Source: Schmidtea polychroa (taxonomy: Eukaryota). Taken from it: a stretch of 64,000 bases of DNA. The stretch's first letter is position 1. Each line of letters opens with the position of its first letter. Of the stretch, positions 50,651 through 64,000 are shown piece after piece. The stretch lies in contig CM097886.1 in the NCBI GenBank assembly GCA_044892525.1, positions 135,904,001 to 135,968,000 of the forward strand, written 5' to 3'. A program made the position numbers and the translations under genes. The notes under the pieces are model-generated. The model worked only from the letters and a program-made list of their open reading frames with translations, was not told the DNA's origin and searched no databases.

Positions 50651-53396
50651 TCACCATTCTTTGATTGTTTTCCCTAACTACTCACACTACTCATCATACC
50701 ATCACGTCATTCGTTTATCACATACCTTTTTAATCTAAACAATACTAATTCAACGAAGTCCTCGGTCAGCATACACTCTCATCCAGCCATGATACCCGTC
50801 TCCAAACATATACTGATACATTTCACTGTGTCTTACTCTAACTCTTAACGCTCACAGTAGGTGTAAGCTATAGGTTTTATGTTTAATTTACAACTTTAGT
50901 CCCTCGAGGGATCAGCAATCAAACAACACTCCGGCCCGTTGAAATAAATAAAAGTAAATCCCAACCCGGTACTGGTTACTAGTGCAATAAATGTGACATA
51001 ATATTACTACTGGTTAAAAGAAATACCCACGCTTGAAACGATTGACCACAATATTAATAAATATTTCTCAACTTTAACCCCCCCCCCCCCTTCATAAATT
51101 CTTAGCTACGCTACTGATATCCTAATTGAACTTAATAGTGATAGCCAAAACATGGTCGAAAAGAAAATAATGATGGGCAGAGTTATTGGAGAAAACATAC
51201 GTATAAAATACACCATTGAGAAGCAAAAATCCATTATAAGAACGATGGATGGAAATTTGACTATAACATCTGATCATAGACGAAAATATTGTATTAAAAT
51301 GTAATATTGGTAAGAAAAAGCGATAAGGAAACTCAATGATGATAGGCGGAAATTGGCGATAAAGTGTAGGACGGATAAGCAAATCTTTACATGTAAAACA
51401 CAACAATAGACAAACTTTACACAGAAAGTCGTGCATAGAGGATGCACATTAGACGTTAGGATGAACTATTAAGCCGTACTTACATGGAAAGGAGCTACAA
51501 AGTATATTGCCAAAATGATGCACATGGAAGTGATGCCTCTTCATCACTTAGTTGACCAAGACATTCAACCATTACCTACTGCAACTCAAATGCCCTCACC
51601 ATCGACAACTACACCTATCATCGTTCCCCAGGCACCTGTTCCAACTCCATCAAACGGACACCACAACCTTAAACTTCACATTCAGTGGGAAAAGGCTCGA
51701 TTGCTCGCCAAACTAGTCGCCATGATTCCAGCAGATCGAATAGTCTTGATTCTGTAACTCTTAGGCCCCGTTCTATAATATTTATTGAGGATAAAAGTGG
51801 TGATGGGTCAACCCTCATCATCCAACAGATGCGCAAAACTTTCGGCTTGATAAACTTATGTGCCTTGGATCTCATCAACGATATTAATGTGTGTAATGTG
51901 TTAAAAATTAAATTTTTGTCTTAAAAATTTTAGATTGTGAGTTTTAGTTTTCGTGTATAGTCTATTAACTAATTCAGCTTGGAGAACGTAGAGGATATTG
52001 TATCAACATAAGAAATTCACTCATTCATGCTCTATAGGATTCAACATCTTGGTAAGTTGATTAGGTGCATCTAAGTTATCTCGAAATTAGAAGTTGATAT
52101 CAGATATGATATATAGATATATAGATATATAGATTGAGCTTGGATCTTTACCCGTTTAGCTTATTTAGATCGACACTTACTTCCTGAAGTTATGAATGTT
52201 AGTGTATATTATCACAGGTTCGGACCTCTGTTGTTTCCTTGTAGACATAAAACCTTTAAACGGCAGTCATGCGTATAATGGCAGCCCTTGAACAGCCCTT
52301 AACGTCCAGCTAATTGGTATAATCCACGTTTTGCATTTACTTTTTATCTGCAGCATTAGCTATTCCTCAGGTTAAAACATAGGGGATATTTACCATTAGA
52401 ACGAGAAATCGAATACAAGTCTTTTATCATCTGTTCATGAATCCATGGGTGGGTCAGGGCATTAACAGATCACTATATATATATATATATTGTGTTGACA
52501 ATAAGTTCAAGTAATTAAATGATTTCTGGAGGATATTTTAATTTATAGTAAACATCCAGGCCAAATGAAAAGTAGCATCATAGTATCTTTTATCAATATG
52601 TAGAACTTAACATAAATCAATCGATTATAAAGCAACCATCGATCTCTCACCATGACGTTGACGTAATGGCCTGTGATCAATACCTCCAGGGCAGTCCTTG
52701 ATCACGAGTTAATCTGAAGAAAATTATTTGCTGCAATAACTAGTAACGTAAATTGTTAAGGGTAGGATGTCAAGGACATGTAGAGTTTATCATGATTTCA
52801 GGCGAGATATTATCGACCGTAACCCAGCTTATAGGATATGAGAATATTTTATCGAAATAAAATATTTTACATCATTTTTATAAAGTTTTTATTATTTAAA
52901 TTTTCGTAATTGAAAATATTTGATTTTTAAAGGATAAAATCAAAGATATTTCTCTTGAATTAAATATTGTTTTAACTTTTACTATTATTATATATTAAAA
53001 CTTATTTGTTTTTATATTAAAACTATCCAGGTACGTTTCATGTTTTATTTAAATATTTTATTCTGTTATAATTATTTATAAAATTATAATTTTACATAAT
53101 TATTGTAATTTTCTACTGTAAACAAATTTAAATTCAAATTACTTTTTGTTAGAATGAGATAATTAATATTTAAAGGAAGTTTCATTTGAACTTGTACTTT
53201 CACTTTCACAAGGTTGCTTTTTGTAACCTTATTTGTTTTATTTGCATTTACTTAGATTGTCATAAACCAAACAGCTTTTAAAATTTCAAATTAACGAAAC
53301 AACTTTTAAATTTGCATTATTATTATTATGGCTTGTTAAATATGTTCAATATTCCAATACGAAATAATAAATTTTACGAATTACTTCTACTTAGTA

Positions 53397-55048
53397 ATGG
53401 ACAAAAAATTTATTGCTACTCGAAATTTGAACAGAGATTTAAAGAACACGGCCACAAGATATCGGATTCCAGGTATTTTAAAATTTAATTATAATTTTGT
53501 TAAAAAATGTTTTAGATTATACAAACGAAAAACATTTTTCGTCAGCAAAAGTGAAACAAGTCAATTATTACCGACCCCAACATAGAGGTTCATATTACAA
53601 AAGATCCCTTGAATATCACAGTGAATCAGTTTCACTCTCTAATGAAGAATATATTCATGCCACTTCTCAAATATGGTTGGATCAAAAATGTCTGAAATCC
53701 GATTATGATTTCGATGACATTTATAGTCAATGGGATTCAATTATTCAAATTAATTTCTATAAAACAGAAGATATTGTGTGTCCTATTTGTATGGATGCTC
53801 CAAAGGTTTGCCGAACCGATAAATGTGGCCATGTTTATTGTTTTCCGTGTTTAAATAAATTTCTATCATATGAAAACGGATATTATAAGAAATGTGCTCT
53901 ATGTAATCAGGAAATTGATTTGAAAAGAGTAAAACGGGCGGCTTTCATTGAACGATTTTCATTAAATGTTGGAGATAATATTTCTTTATTATTAATGAGA
54001 CGATCTAAATCTGATTCATTTCCCGTTCCAATCAATCTCAATGAAGCGAGAATACCCTACGTATACTCAAATGAGAGTAGATTTTCAAACACAGCTGTTT
54101 GCTCCAATGAAGACTTACAAACGTTAATTCAAATCGATATAATTGCTCTTGAAGACGAATTAGGTAACGCTATCGTGGAAGAAAGCGACAATATTGATGC
54201 CATTACTGCAGCATTGGAAGCTACTAGAAACGAATTGGAGTTATCTTGCCTCCTTCCCCATGTATCTAAACCGTCAATCAATAATTCATCAGTGATCGAA
54301 ATCGATGATTTGAATTTAATAATGAAAACTGACAATGTTTATTATCAATCCGAAGACGGAAGCAACCTATTTATGTGTCCATTAAATTGGAAATGTATGA
54401 GCTATGAATTTTTAGATAAAAATCAATGTTTACCATTGAGAATAACCGGTGAAATAATAGAAATTGAAAAATTTACAATCACATCGGATTTCGTCAATCG
54501 ATATCGATATTTGAAATATTTGCCCATCGGTTCCTCTGTGAGCTTTGTGGAAATAAATCTCACTAATATAATTTCAAATTCAACTCTGAGAAAATTCAAA
54601 AATGAAATCGACCGCAAATCTGACAACCGGCATTATAGAGAACAACTGGACAATGCTTTGACAACGGAAAAAATAAAGCAGGAAAATTCTTTCAACGTTG
54701 CCAGTGGATTTATGTGCGTTACGTCGTTAATGAATGAAACCAATCACATTTTGGATGATGATTTCGTTCCGTTGTCTCCTACTGTCCCGACATCTTCCCA
54801 TGCATCGAATGTAAATGTTTTAAGTGACAAAAAAATGAGTTATGCTGAGGTAATTTTGTTCTTTCGTAATTATGCTAAATATGACTAATTTCAAAAAATT
54901 TTAGTTGATGCACTTGAAAAAACCACCAGTAAATTATCAATCCAGGGCAGAAAATTCATCAGATGCCACCGGAGAAACCCAAGCTCGAGGATTCTCTTTG
55001 CAAGATTGTTTGGTGAAGAAATCAAATAAGCGTAACAGGAAAAAGTGA
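53397..55048 (+). CDS. RNF10: RING finger protein 10 (RNF10/Mag2); exons 53397-53472, 53516-54849, 54905-55048
   Basis: C3HC4 RING (CPIC..CGHVYCFPC..CALC) and the RNF10 block YYQSEDGSNLFMCPLN..RYRYLKYLP; introns of 43 and 55 nt keep frame. Confidence 0.88.
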
Positions 55049-55553
55049 TCGATAATGGTACATTTCCATTTTGGTTTAAGGTTATCCACGTGTAAATTTT
55101 CCCAGTTGAAATATTGATTATGAGGTGGAATAAATGTCTGCTTTCGTGATTTTCTTTTTTCAATAAATTTTATCAATCGATAATTCGATTGACTTTATTT
55201 TAAAATTTATTTTATGTGTTTTACAATTTGAGTAAAATTCTTAATTTTGATTGGCTGAAATTTGAACTTTGCTGAATGATAAATTTAATGAATGATATTT
55301 CTGAAACTCAGTTGTATTTCGGATAAAAAATTTATGATATTGTGTAAATTAATCGAAATTTTAGGATATCTGAATTTTCTTCTATAATATTTTTATTGTA
55401 ACAAAGCTTTTCAGTGTCATTTGCTAAATAGTTACTGAAAATAGTCCCACTAAAGATTTTAAAATATTTACGATAGAAGCATAATTTAAAAACATATTTG
55501 CTATGTGTTTTAATCTTTATTTATGTATAATTGACTTTTCTAGTCCATTAAAG

Positions 55554-56453
55554 TAACGTGACCAACTATTTTTTGTTCAAAAAAGTACACTGCAAGTATT
55601 TCATAGGTGAAAAAAAGAAGAAAAAACGATAAAAACTTTATTTTCTTTTAAAAACACTTTTCTTCGGAGTGGATTTTTTTGCTAAATGAGGATGTTCGTC
55701 TGATAATGTAACCACATCCGAGCAACTTTCATTTTGCATATTAAATTTGACCGTTAAGACGGCAGATAATGTTTTTACAGAAAGTTGCGACTTATCACTG
55801 CACCAATAATCATACCCTAGTGAAAATACCCTTTCAACAGCAGCATTAATGCCTGGACAACATAAGGAAATTTCTATTAAAACTTTTAAATTTTCATGTG
55901 GGATATTTTCTACTCTAAAATACCGAAAGATTTCTACCCATCTTCTGTCAAGTTCTATTTTCTCATCGTTCCATTTCTTCAATTTTTCTTCATTTAAATT
56001 CAAATTTACTCTTCGAATTTCTTCAAAGAAAATTCCCTATTGCAGATTGTGCAAGGATTCATCATTTCCGTTTTTATCTACAACGAACGGAAACTCTTTA
56101 TTTAAATTTTCGTTTAAACGATTTTTCCTTCTTTTGTTATCGCTCATATTTGAATTAATAATCTAAAAATTATATTAGTAATATATTTTTTATTTTTATT
56201 TTTAAAAAATATTATAATCTGATATTATTTAAGTAAAATGAATATTAAACTATAATAAATGAAATCACTGTCAAAATAATTTTAAATATTTAATTAATAA
56301 AATTGAAATAAAATAATCTAAAAAAATGTTTTAGAAATACAAATGAGTATAAAATTATACAAATGAGTACTTTCAGAGTACAGGGGTTGAAAGGAGTACG
56401 GTTTGCGAAAAAAGAGTACAAAACTCAGTAAATGAGTATAGTTGGTCACCTTA
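55554..56453 (-). mobile_element. Internally deleted hAT element (dimerisation domain remains)
   Basis: TIR TAA(C/G)GTGACCAACTA; flanking duplication ATTAAAG; CPGINAAVERVFS motif. Confidence 0.8.
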
Positions 56454-57156
56454 ATTAAAGATACTAAAATGCAAATTTAGTTAGATATTAATAATATTTT
56501 TTCAAAATATTGACTTCTGATAATAATATATAAACAAATCTGAAGAGGCATTAATTAAATCAACAACCATAAATCAAATGTGCATATTCATATAATCATT
56601 TATTAAAAGAGAGCTTGATGACTATAAATCAGTAAAATTCGAGAGTATAAAAAAACATCGATATATTACTGTTTTATAGTCTTCAAGCTCTCTTTATAAT
56701 AAATTCAATGGAAAAAATAATCAGTGGTGAAATTGGAAAAAAAGTTCTTCTAATTTATTAAATTGTCAATAACTTAAATAATTCAGTTTATTTTCTTGAT
56801 TTAATCCTTCCTTGTAACTTTAATAATTCAATTAAAACAATTTGATTTCTCTAAATATTCCTTACGACAATATAAATAAATAAATTTATTTAATAACACA
56901 AATAATTATAAAAGTAATGAATTATTATTAATTTTCAGAGGTATAACAATGTCAAATAACCAAAATCCTGGTCCATGATTACAATGCATCTAAAAACCAA
57001 CCTATTTCTATTTCATTTATTTCTGCTATCCAGCATTAATATGATATACTAAAAATAATTGTAATAAGGGTCAACGGATAACTTCTATAGCATGGATAGA
57101 AAAAATGGAAAGGGTTTCTTAATAAAATGATCTTTTAATTAAAACTTGTTTTGGAC

Positions 57157-58616
57157 CAGTGGCGAATTTAGATTTTGGTGCGTGGGGGGGCGAGGAAAAT
57201 TTTGAGGGGGCGCCACAAATTATGAAGATGGTACTACTTATTTTCGCGAGTATTGAGTGAATACTAATAATATTAAAAAGCATTATATTCAGTAAATTTA
57301 TTCTAGTAAATTTATTGATGTAACAAACATACAAGATTATTTATTATTTAAATTGCTTCCTGCGTGATTTCATTGAAGCAAAACGATTTATAGTCGATTT
57401 AAAGTCAATGTTCTCAGCCAGTTCGCGTTCTATTGAAATTAATGCTAATCCAGACAGACGTTCGTTTGTCATTGTTGATCGCAAATAATTTTTGATGATT
57501 TTCCGTCTACTGAAACTTCTTTCAGCAGTAGCAGATGTAACAGGAAGAGTCAAGTATATTTTATAGAGAATTGCCAAATTTGGAAGTCCTGACGCCATTT
57601 GTTTTTCAACCAAGAAAGGCAGCACCTCTTTAAGTTGTAGTTCACAAGATAGTAATGGGCGTATTGATGCATACACGTATTTGAAAGTATCATATTCTAG
57701 GATTGCTTCTTCAATATTAATATCGTTTTTGTAAATGTCGCATAAATTTTGAAAAGATTCTTTATTTTCTTCTGATATTTGTGACGGATCATGACAGGAG
57801 AATAAAGCAACAGAGTTATGAAAATCATTAAAACGTTCATCTAGTTGTGTTACAAGTGTATCCAAGACAGTGAAATACGTTTCACATTTGAAGCGTGTAG
57901 TTGGATCATCAACCCTTTCATCTCGGTTAAGTTCACCTGCCATGCGTTTCCTTTTTGCAACTCGCTTTTCTTTAAATTCTGTTTCAACATCTAGTAACGA
58001 ACAAATTTTTGATAATAAATGATTTTACAGCAACATTTAGACTTTCAAAAGCTTTATCTCATATCAGCAAACTTATTTCTGGCAACATAAATCAATTGTT
58101 TTGCAAACGCAATATCAATGTCCTTTCGTTGCAAATAGTTTGATAACACAAAAATATTATCTAACAGCTTTTGTAGAAATAGCATCAGAAAAACAAAAGA
58201 TTATTTTGTTATCAAAATAGATAGTCCCATAGCTTCTGCTCTGACACTTCCTTTGTGTTCTTTTGAGTCCCCAAAATTTATATCTTCTAGAGTAGATATA
58301 ATGGCGGAGAATGATCCAACAACTGCATCAACTGCATGCTTTAACAACATAGCAGAGTAATAGGTACTATCAATAATAATAATAATCTATAAACGGTGAC
58401 TCTGAGAAGCTGTATGCTGCAGTGATATTAGAATACATTTCAATCCATTTAGCTCTTCCAAATCAAAGATATATTAAATTGTCAGTGTCAGTGATCGGAT
58501 TAATCTTAATGCTTGTACACATTCATAAAAATTATCTTTGGGGGCGCCAATTAGGATTCAACAGGGGCGTGGAGGGGTGACTCGCCCCCCCACGTCTATA
58601 GCTAAATCCGCCACTG
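57157..58616 (-). mobile_element. Internally deleted hAT (ZMYM1-like) element
   Basis: TIR CAGTGGCG(A/G)ATTTAG; 8-bp TSD TTTTGGAC; LTLPVTSATAERSFS..LRSTMTNERLSGLALISIE. Confidence 0.92.
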
Positions 58617-58865
58617 TTTTGGACCAAAACTGAGAAAAACAGTTCGTTATTTATACAACAGGAAAAAACAATAGTAAAAAAAGGCAGACGATAGAAAGTT
58701 CAAAATATCCACTAAATAAAGAAAAAGAAATTAAACAAAAATTAAACAAAACGAAAATAAATAAAATAAAAATAGGAAAAACAACATAAAGCGCGAATAA
58801 AACACAGAAAAACAAAAATAAAACGAGTTTAAAGTAAAAAATGGAAAAATACTAAGTAAAAATAA

Positions 58866-59500
58866 TGTTAGCGCTTAGGGGTGTGTCATATTAAAATGTA
58901 GTATTTATGGATTTCGAATCGACTCATTCCTAAACACCTTCATGACTATTGTTCTTATACCATCTGTGTACCCATGGTGAGGACCATGTTGGTGTTGTAC
59001 ACAATGGCTGAAAATCCATGAGCAGGTGAGCTCTATTGCTAAAACTACTTCTCATGATATTTTCATTTACGGGGTCTGGACTACCGATAAAAGGTCTCAC
59101 GTCATTATTCATTATCTATTCTATTGTTAGATTATTGTCATGTCTTCATTTAACTGTGGTTCTCATTTCTGGATGTTTTCCAATGTTATCTTCAAAAATT
59201 TTGCGCAGGGATCTGCCTTTATTTTTCTGTTAATAAATGTTGCTCTGTGGTTTCTGTGATAATTGTGAATATTTAACTTATCCTTCAAAAAGATTGAGCA
59301 GGGAGCTACCTATCTTTTTAATTCTAACCTATGTTCCACTAAAAATACTTACAGCGACGGACCCGTGGAGAAGCTTCCACATTACGGCCCAAAATCAGCT
59401 GCGTGATTGAGATGCCAGTATACCCACCAATATTATCATCTCGAAGGTACCTCAAATCATGCTATACTGGATCTCAACTCCACTGTAACTACTATTCAAC
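58866..59500 (-). mobile_element. Family copy G: 3' structured end plus antisense ORF X homolog; 5' boundary unknown
   Basis: Ends GCGCTAACA; 58960-59100 similar to 4155-4295. Confidence 0.7.
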
Positions 59501-60000
59501 CATAAAAATTAAAATGAAAAAATAAAAAGAACAAATAAAAAAAATTAATTAGAGTTAAATTGAATACAAAGATTCATTACCTTAAAACATTACATAAAAA
59601 ATTATACATTACATAAAATTACCAAATCCAATTCAAGCTTACCACAATGGCATAAACCGAAAACTGAGAGCGTCTAAAAAATGTTTAAACTGTCTGAAAA
59701 ACAAGTTATTCAACTGAATTTGCAATCAGTAGTTATACTAATTTTGACTGTGGATCCATACATTCTCTGCCACTAGTAAAAATTTGATTTAGTTTTGCAT
59801 GCATGCATGAGTGTGTGTAATTATTTATTTTTAATTTAATTGATTTAATTAATTAATTAATTTAATTTTTATTAATTTCAACAATTTATTTTTATATATT
59901 TTATAATTTGAATAATTTAAATAAATAGTTAAACATACATGGCAATGATTTAATTATAAGATAACGCCAATCAATCCTTAATTTAACGAGTTATTATATC

Positions 60001-60040
60001 CCACCTGATGATGACAGGAAAACTGTCGAAATATATCGTG
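60001..60040 (+). ncRNA. Minimal type I hammerhead ribozyme (Penelope-like pattern)
   Basis: CCAC-CTGATGA-T-GACAG-GAAAA-CTGTC-GAAA-TATAT-C-GTG, enclosed by a perfect 21-bp inverted repeat (59954-59974 / 60051-60071). Confidence 0.6.
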
Positions 60041-60251
60041 AAAAGAATGTTTGATTGGCGTTATCTTATAAATAATTTAAGCTAATTTTATTTTAATTTT
60101 CCTTAATTTTAACCATTTAGTTATCGTTTTCTAATTAGTTATTTCTGTTGAAACTTTTAGTAACTCCCCTTATTTTGTTTATCCTCATTTATCCAACTTT
60201 TTAGATAATTGCCATTCTAAATTCCCAGTTTGTCTATTTTCCAAAATTGCC

Positions 60252-60325
60252 GCTCTCGGGTTTCCTTCATCGCTCGGGTTCTCCATTGGCTCGGACTTCC
60301 CATTAGCTCGGGTTTTCCATTAGCC
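60252..60325. repeat. Short tandem repeat, ~4 x 20 bp (gctcgggtt..ccatt)
   Basis: Direct inspection. Confidence 0.7.
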
Positions 60326-60676
60326 AATTAATTAATTAATTAATAGTTTGTGTTTTTCCATATTTGCCTGTTTTCGGTCCTATCTAAACATTTTCTAATA
60401 ATTTATTGCTCACGTCTTCTTCACCATTCCCTAATTTACATCTCTCTCGTTTTTCAGTATCAATTTCGATAACATTTTACTTTATTCCACTTTTTCAGAT
60501 TTGCGCATTTTTCCATTTCGTGTCTGATTGTACCAATTTTGTTGGGGTTGGATCCAATAAAACGATAGCCACAGGATAAAATAATAAGTAGAATAAATAA
60601 AAATTACTAAAAATAGCATAAATACTATAATAGTATTATTTAATTACCTAAAATAAATTATAAATAAAATAGTATA

Positions 60677-63442
60677 CAGTGAAACCCCGCTTAACGCTGT
60701 TTCGTTTAGCACTCTTTTATTTCAACCAGGGTATTCCTTGAAATTGCTCGCAGAACTACGGGGATTCCCCGCGAAACTGTACAATTGCATTTCTTGTTTG
60801 GTGCGGTGTTGTTTGACGCATTTTTATTATTTGAAACATTTGTTGACATTATTGTAGGTATAAATTTATATAATACTATAACGATTAATACATTGACAAA
60901 TATTATGATCTTTAGTTCTTATCATGGGTGATAATGAAAAACAAGAAAATAAAGCAACCAGAAAAAAACATTTCTCTGGAAACTAAAATGCAATTGATTA
61001 GAAGATTAGATTCTGGTGAACGTCAATCTCAAATTAGTGCTGCATTGAATTGGGCAACTTCAACAATAAGGACAATTCTTAAGAATAAAGAAAAAATACT
61101 GTCATCGGTAACTGCAACTACGTCAAGCTCTGCAACTAGAATTACCCGTTCTAGAAATAACATTATAGAGAAAATGGAAAAACGACTGTCTATATGGATT
61201 GATTACGAAATTGAACGCAATATGCCATTAAGCCAATCTATCATAATGGAAAAAGCTAGAAGAAGTTTTAATTACATTCAGGCTGAGGCAAGTGACATAA
61301 GTGAAACTTTCTTTGTTAGTAGAGGATAGTTTAATAGATTTAAACATCGATATAATCTTCACAACATAAAGATTACAGGAGAAGCAGCAAGTTGTGATAC
61401 GAAAGCGCAGCTGAATTTCCAGCGACAATAAAAAAATAATTGAACAAGGAAACTATTCTCCAGAATTGGTTTTTAATGTTGATGAAACAGGCCTGTTTTG
61501 GAAAAGAATGCCAAAACGAACATTTCTATCCCCTGAAGAGAAACGAGCACCAGGATTTAAAGCTGCAAAAGATCGCTTAACACTCCTACTGGGTGGTAAC
61601 GCAAGCGGAGATTTTAAATTAAACTCACTACTAGTTTACCACTCCAAAACCCCAAGAGCGATGAAAAAACTTGAACAAAGAGCACTACTATTAATTGATA
61701 ATGCTCCAAGCCACCCAAGAAATTTATCAGACTTAAAAACATGCATTCCAGTCGAAGTGGTTTTCTTGCCGCCTAACACAACTGCCTTAATCGAACCAAT
61801 GAACCAAGGCGTTATATCCAATTTTAAAGCTTATTATTTGAGGTGAAAATTTAAGCAGATGTTTGAAAAAACAGACGGAGAAGAGAAGCAATCAATAAGA
61901 GAATTTTGGAAAAACTACAATATCATGAATGCTGTAGCAAATATAAATCTTTCTTAGAATGAGATAACAGAAAGATCTTTGAAAGGAGTATGGAAGAACA
62001 TTTGGCCGGATTTAAGTAAAAGCGAAGACATTGGACACTCTGTCGATATGAATGAAAAAGTGGAATTAGCGAAACAAACCGGTTTAGATGAGGTAAATGT
62101 GGAAGACGTCGAAGAAATAGTTCAATAAACAGCAACTAGTTTTTCTAATGATGAACTGAAGGAATTAACTGTGCAAGAAGAAAACAAAAATATTGATAGT
62201 AGTGATTTTGAAGAAGATCAAAAAGAACTTTCGATAGCGTTTGTAAAAAGGAATTTGACCACTATAACTGAAATTATGAACCAATTTGTTGAAAATGATC
62301 CAAATTTTGATAAGAATTCAGAAGCAAGACGAGGTGTTATAGATGCTTTATCCACTTATCAACAACTTCTAACAGAACGCAAAAGTAAAACTCAAACTAC
62401 ATTAGATGCCTTCTTGACAAAAAAGCAGAAAGTTGGAAACACAGAATAGACTGAATGATCTGACTGACTAAAAAATTAATTGTTTTTATAATATATTCGT
62501 TTATATTGTTATTTATTTTGTACTAAATAAATGTTTGGTTTTATTTTTATAAAAAACCATAATTTTTAAATTTAATACCTAACGAATTTTCCCCAAACCC
62601 CATTATTTACACGTTAGTATAGCCTCGTTTAGCGCTGTTTGGCATTACACTCTAATATGATGGAACGTATCCACCACGTTAAACGGGGTCTTACTCAGCG
62701 CCGTGCTGTAACTTTTGGGGGCCCTGTGCAGAAACTAAAAAAAATTTTTTTTTAAATTTGAATTAATTTTTTATTGATTGTATTTAAAAAAATAATAGCA
62801 ATTATAAAGTAATTTTTCTAGCTCTTTTGCTGGCAAATTCATCAATTATGTCATTATAATCAATTGTTCTGGCTGTTGCATTTTCAATTGACAGTGTTTT
62901 GCTCTTTTTTGTGCGCCGCTTTCATAACATCTTTTCGACATTTCTAATTGAGGTGAAAAAATTTACAAAAACAACAGTTTACCTGATGTATTTCTTCTAT
63001 AAATTTGAATGTATGTATATGTTTTCAAACTATGTTCGTTAACACAAATTTAATTTGAAAATTGAAAATTACAATTTATTAAATATATAAACGAATCGTT
63101 AAACCTAAAATTAAAATAAAACTTATTTCTGTTTATAACTTTGAAATAATATTACTTTTCACTAATAAGACGATATAATAAACAAACAGAAGATAACAAT
63201 TTGAAGCAAAAAATAACTGAATTATTAGGTATATTTGTTTCAAATTAAATCGTTGCCAACTAGATTTTTTTGAAAGTTAAACGAATTTTGAATTTTCAAA
63301 TTTTTTTTTCTTTCAATTCGTAGTAATTTATGGTATTGGAGAAGTTTTTCTAATGTATTTAATATTTGGGGCCTCTCAAAAATAGGGGGCCCAGTGCGAT
63401 TGCACTTGTTGCACTTGCGATAGTACGGCGCTGGTCTTACTG
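60677..63442 (+). mobile_element. Tigger-type element with frameshifted transposase (60928-62449)
   Basis: TA-flanked TIRs CAGTGAAACCCCGCTTAACG / CGTTAAACGGGGTCTTACTG; HTH-psq, VFNVDETGLFWK, LLIDNAPSHP. Confidence 0.9.
62696..63433. mobile_element. hAT MITE inserted into the Tigger right TIR
   Basis: TIR CAGCGCCGT(G/A)CT; 8-bp TSD GTCTTACT (62688-62695, 63434-63441). Confidence 0.9.
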
Positions 63443-64000
63443 TATTTAAATTACTATATTTAGACAATATACTTATTATAGCAATTAAGAAAATAAAAAA
63501 TATATAAATAGTAATAGTTAACAAATTTAAAAAATAATAATTTAGTATAAATTCGAAGTACATTGGGTACTTAATCAGACAAATATTCCAGCATAAAAAT
63601 CAATAACGATTAAAAAGCATTATTCAGGAATAGTACCCGCTGTGGTTAGAAAAGAACCATTACAGTGAGCTTTTAAAATTAAATCCACAAGGATTAAAAG
63701 GAAATTTCAAATATTTACCAGCTGTTGCTTAAAATCGAGATATAAAAGGAAATTCAGAGAAAGAAAGCTATATCTAGCTTAGAAAAAATAATATTAGATT
63801 TAAACAATAAGGTTACTTAATCTATTTATTTGTTATTTTAAGGGTAATCACACACCCAACCTGTCTGTGTTGCTCGTTGGGCTAAATAGTATAGGAAATT
63901 TAATTAGGAACGTTAGATCGCCTTTGATCTAATCGATCGCGTAAAGTTTGGGAAACACCCTCCTTCTTGATCCATTTCTTTATTCAGCGCTCAGAGGCAT

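Noticed and set aside
51122-51924. Short ORFs upstream of copy F as ORF1/ORF2 homologs
   Set aside because: No TRLRT, EGTW or ORF X motifs seen; left unassigned.

Overview
AT-rich eukaryotic (probably metazoan) genomic DNA with short GT-AG introns (43-55 nt) and a heavy transposon load. Recognisable host genes: AMMECR1 (two 5' exons only), HSD17B14-like SDR, CISD3-like double-CDGSH protein and RNF10. Transposons include piggyBac, pogo/Tigger, mariner and hAT relics (several with intact TIRs/TSDs), a decayed Gypsy gag-pol, a 531-bp element with Polinton-type ends, and a 2.3-kb foldback. The most unusual feature is a family of at least 8 diverged copies of an element with TG(T/G)TGG...CCA(A/C)CA ends and 4-bp TSDs, 1.4-5.6 kb where both ends are found. 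I interpret these as very large Gypsy-type LTRs. They carry small GC-rich, apparently spliced ORFs (an AT-hook protein and a coiled-coil/basic 'EGTW' protein) and end in a ~220-nt region whose stems covary across copies. Nearby retroelement cargo includes a REX4/ISG20-like DEDDh exonuclease, a ubiquitin-like domain fused to Gag in a small LTR element with a 49-nt tRNA-Leu PBS, and a decayed tandem-Ubl ORF. There is also a minimal Penelope-type hammerhead ribozyme. All assignments are by eye; no database searches were run.
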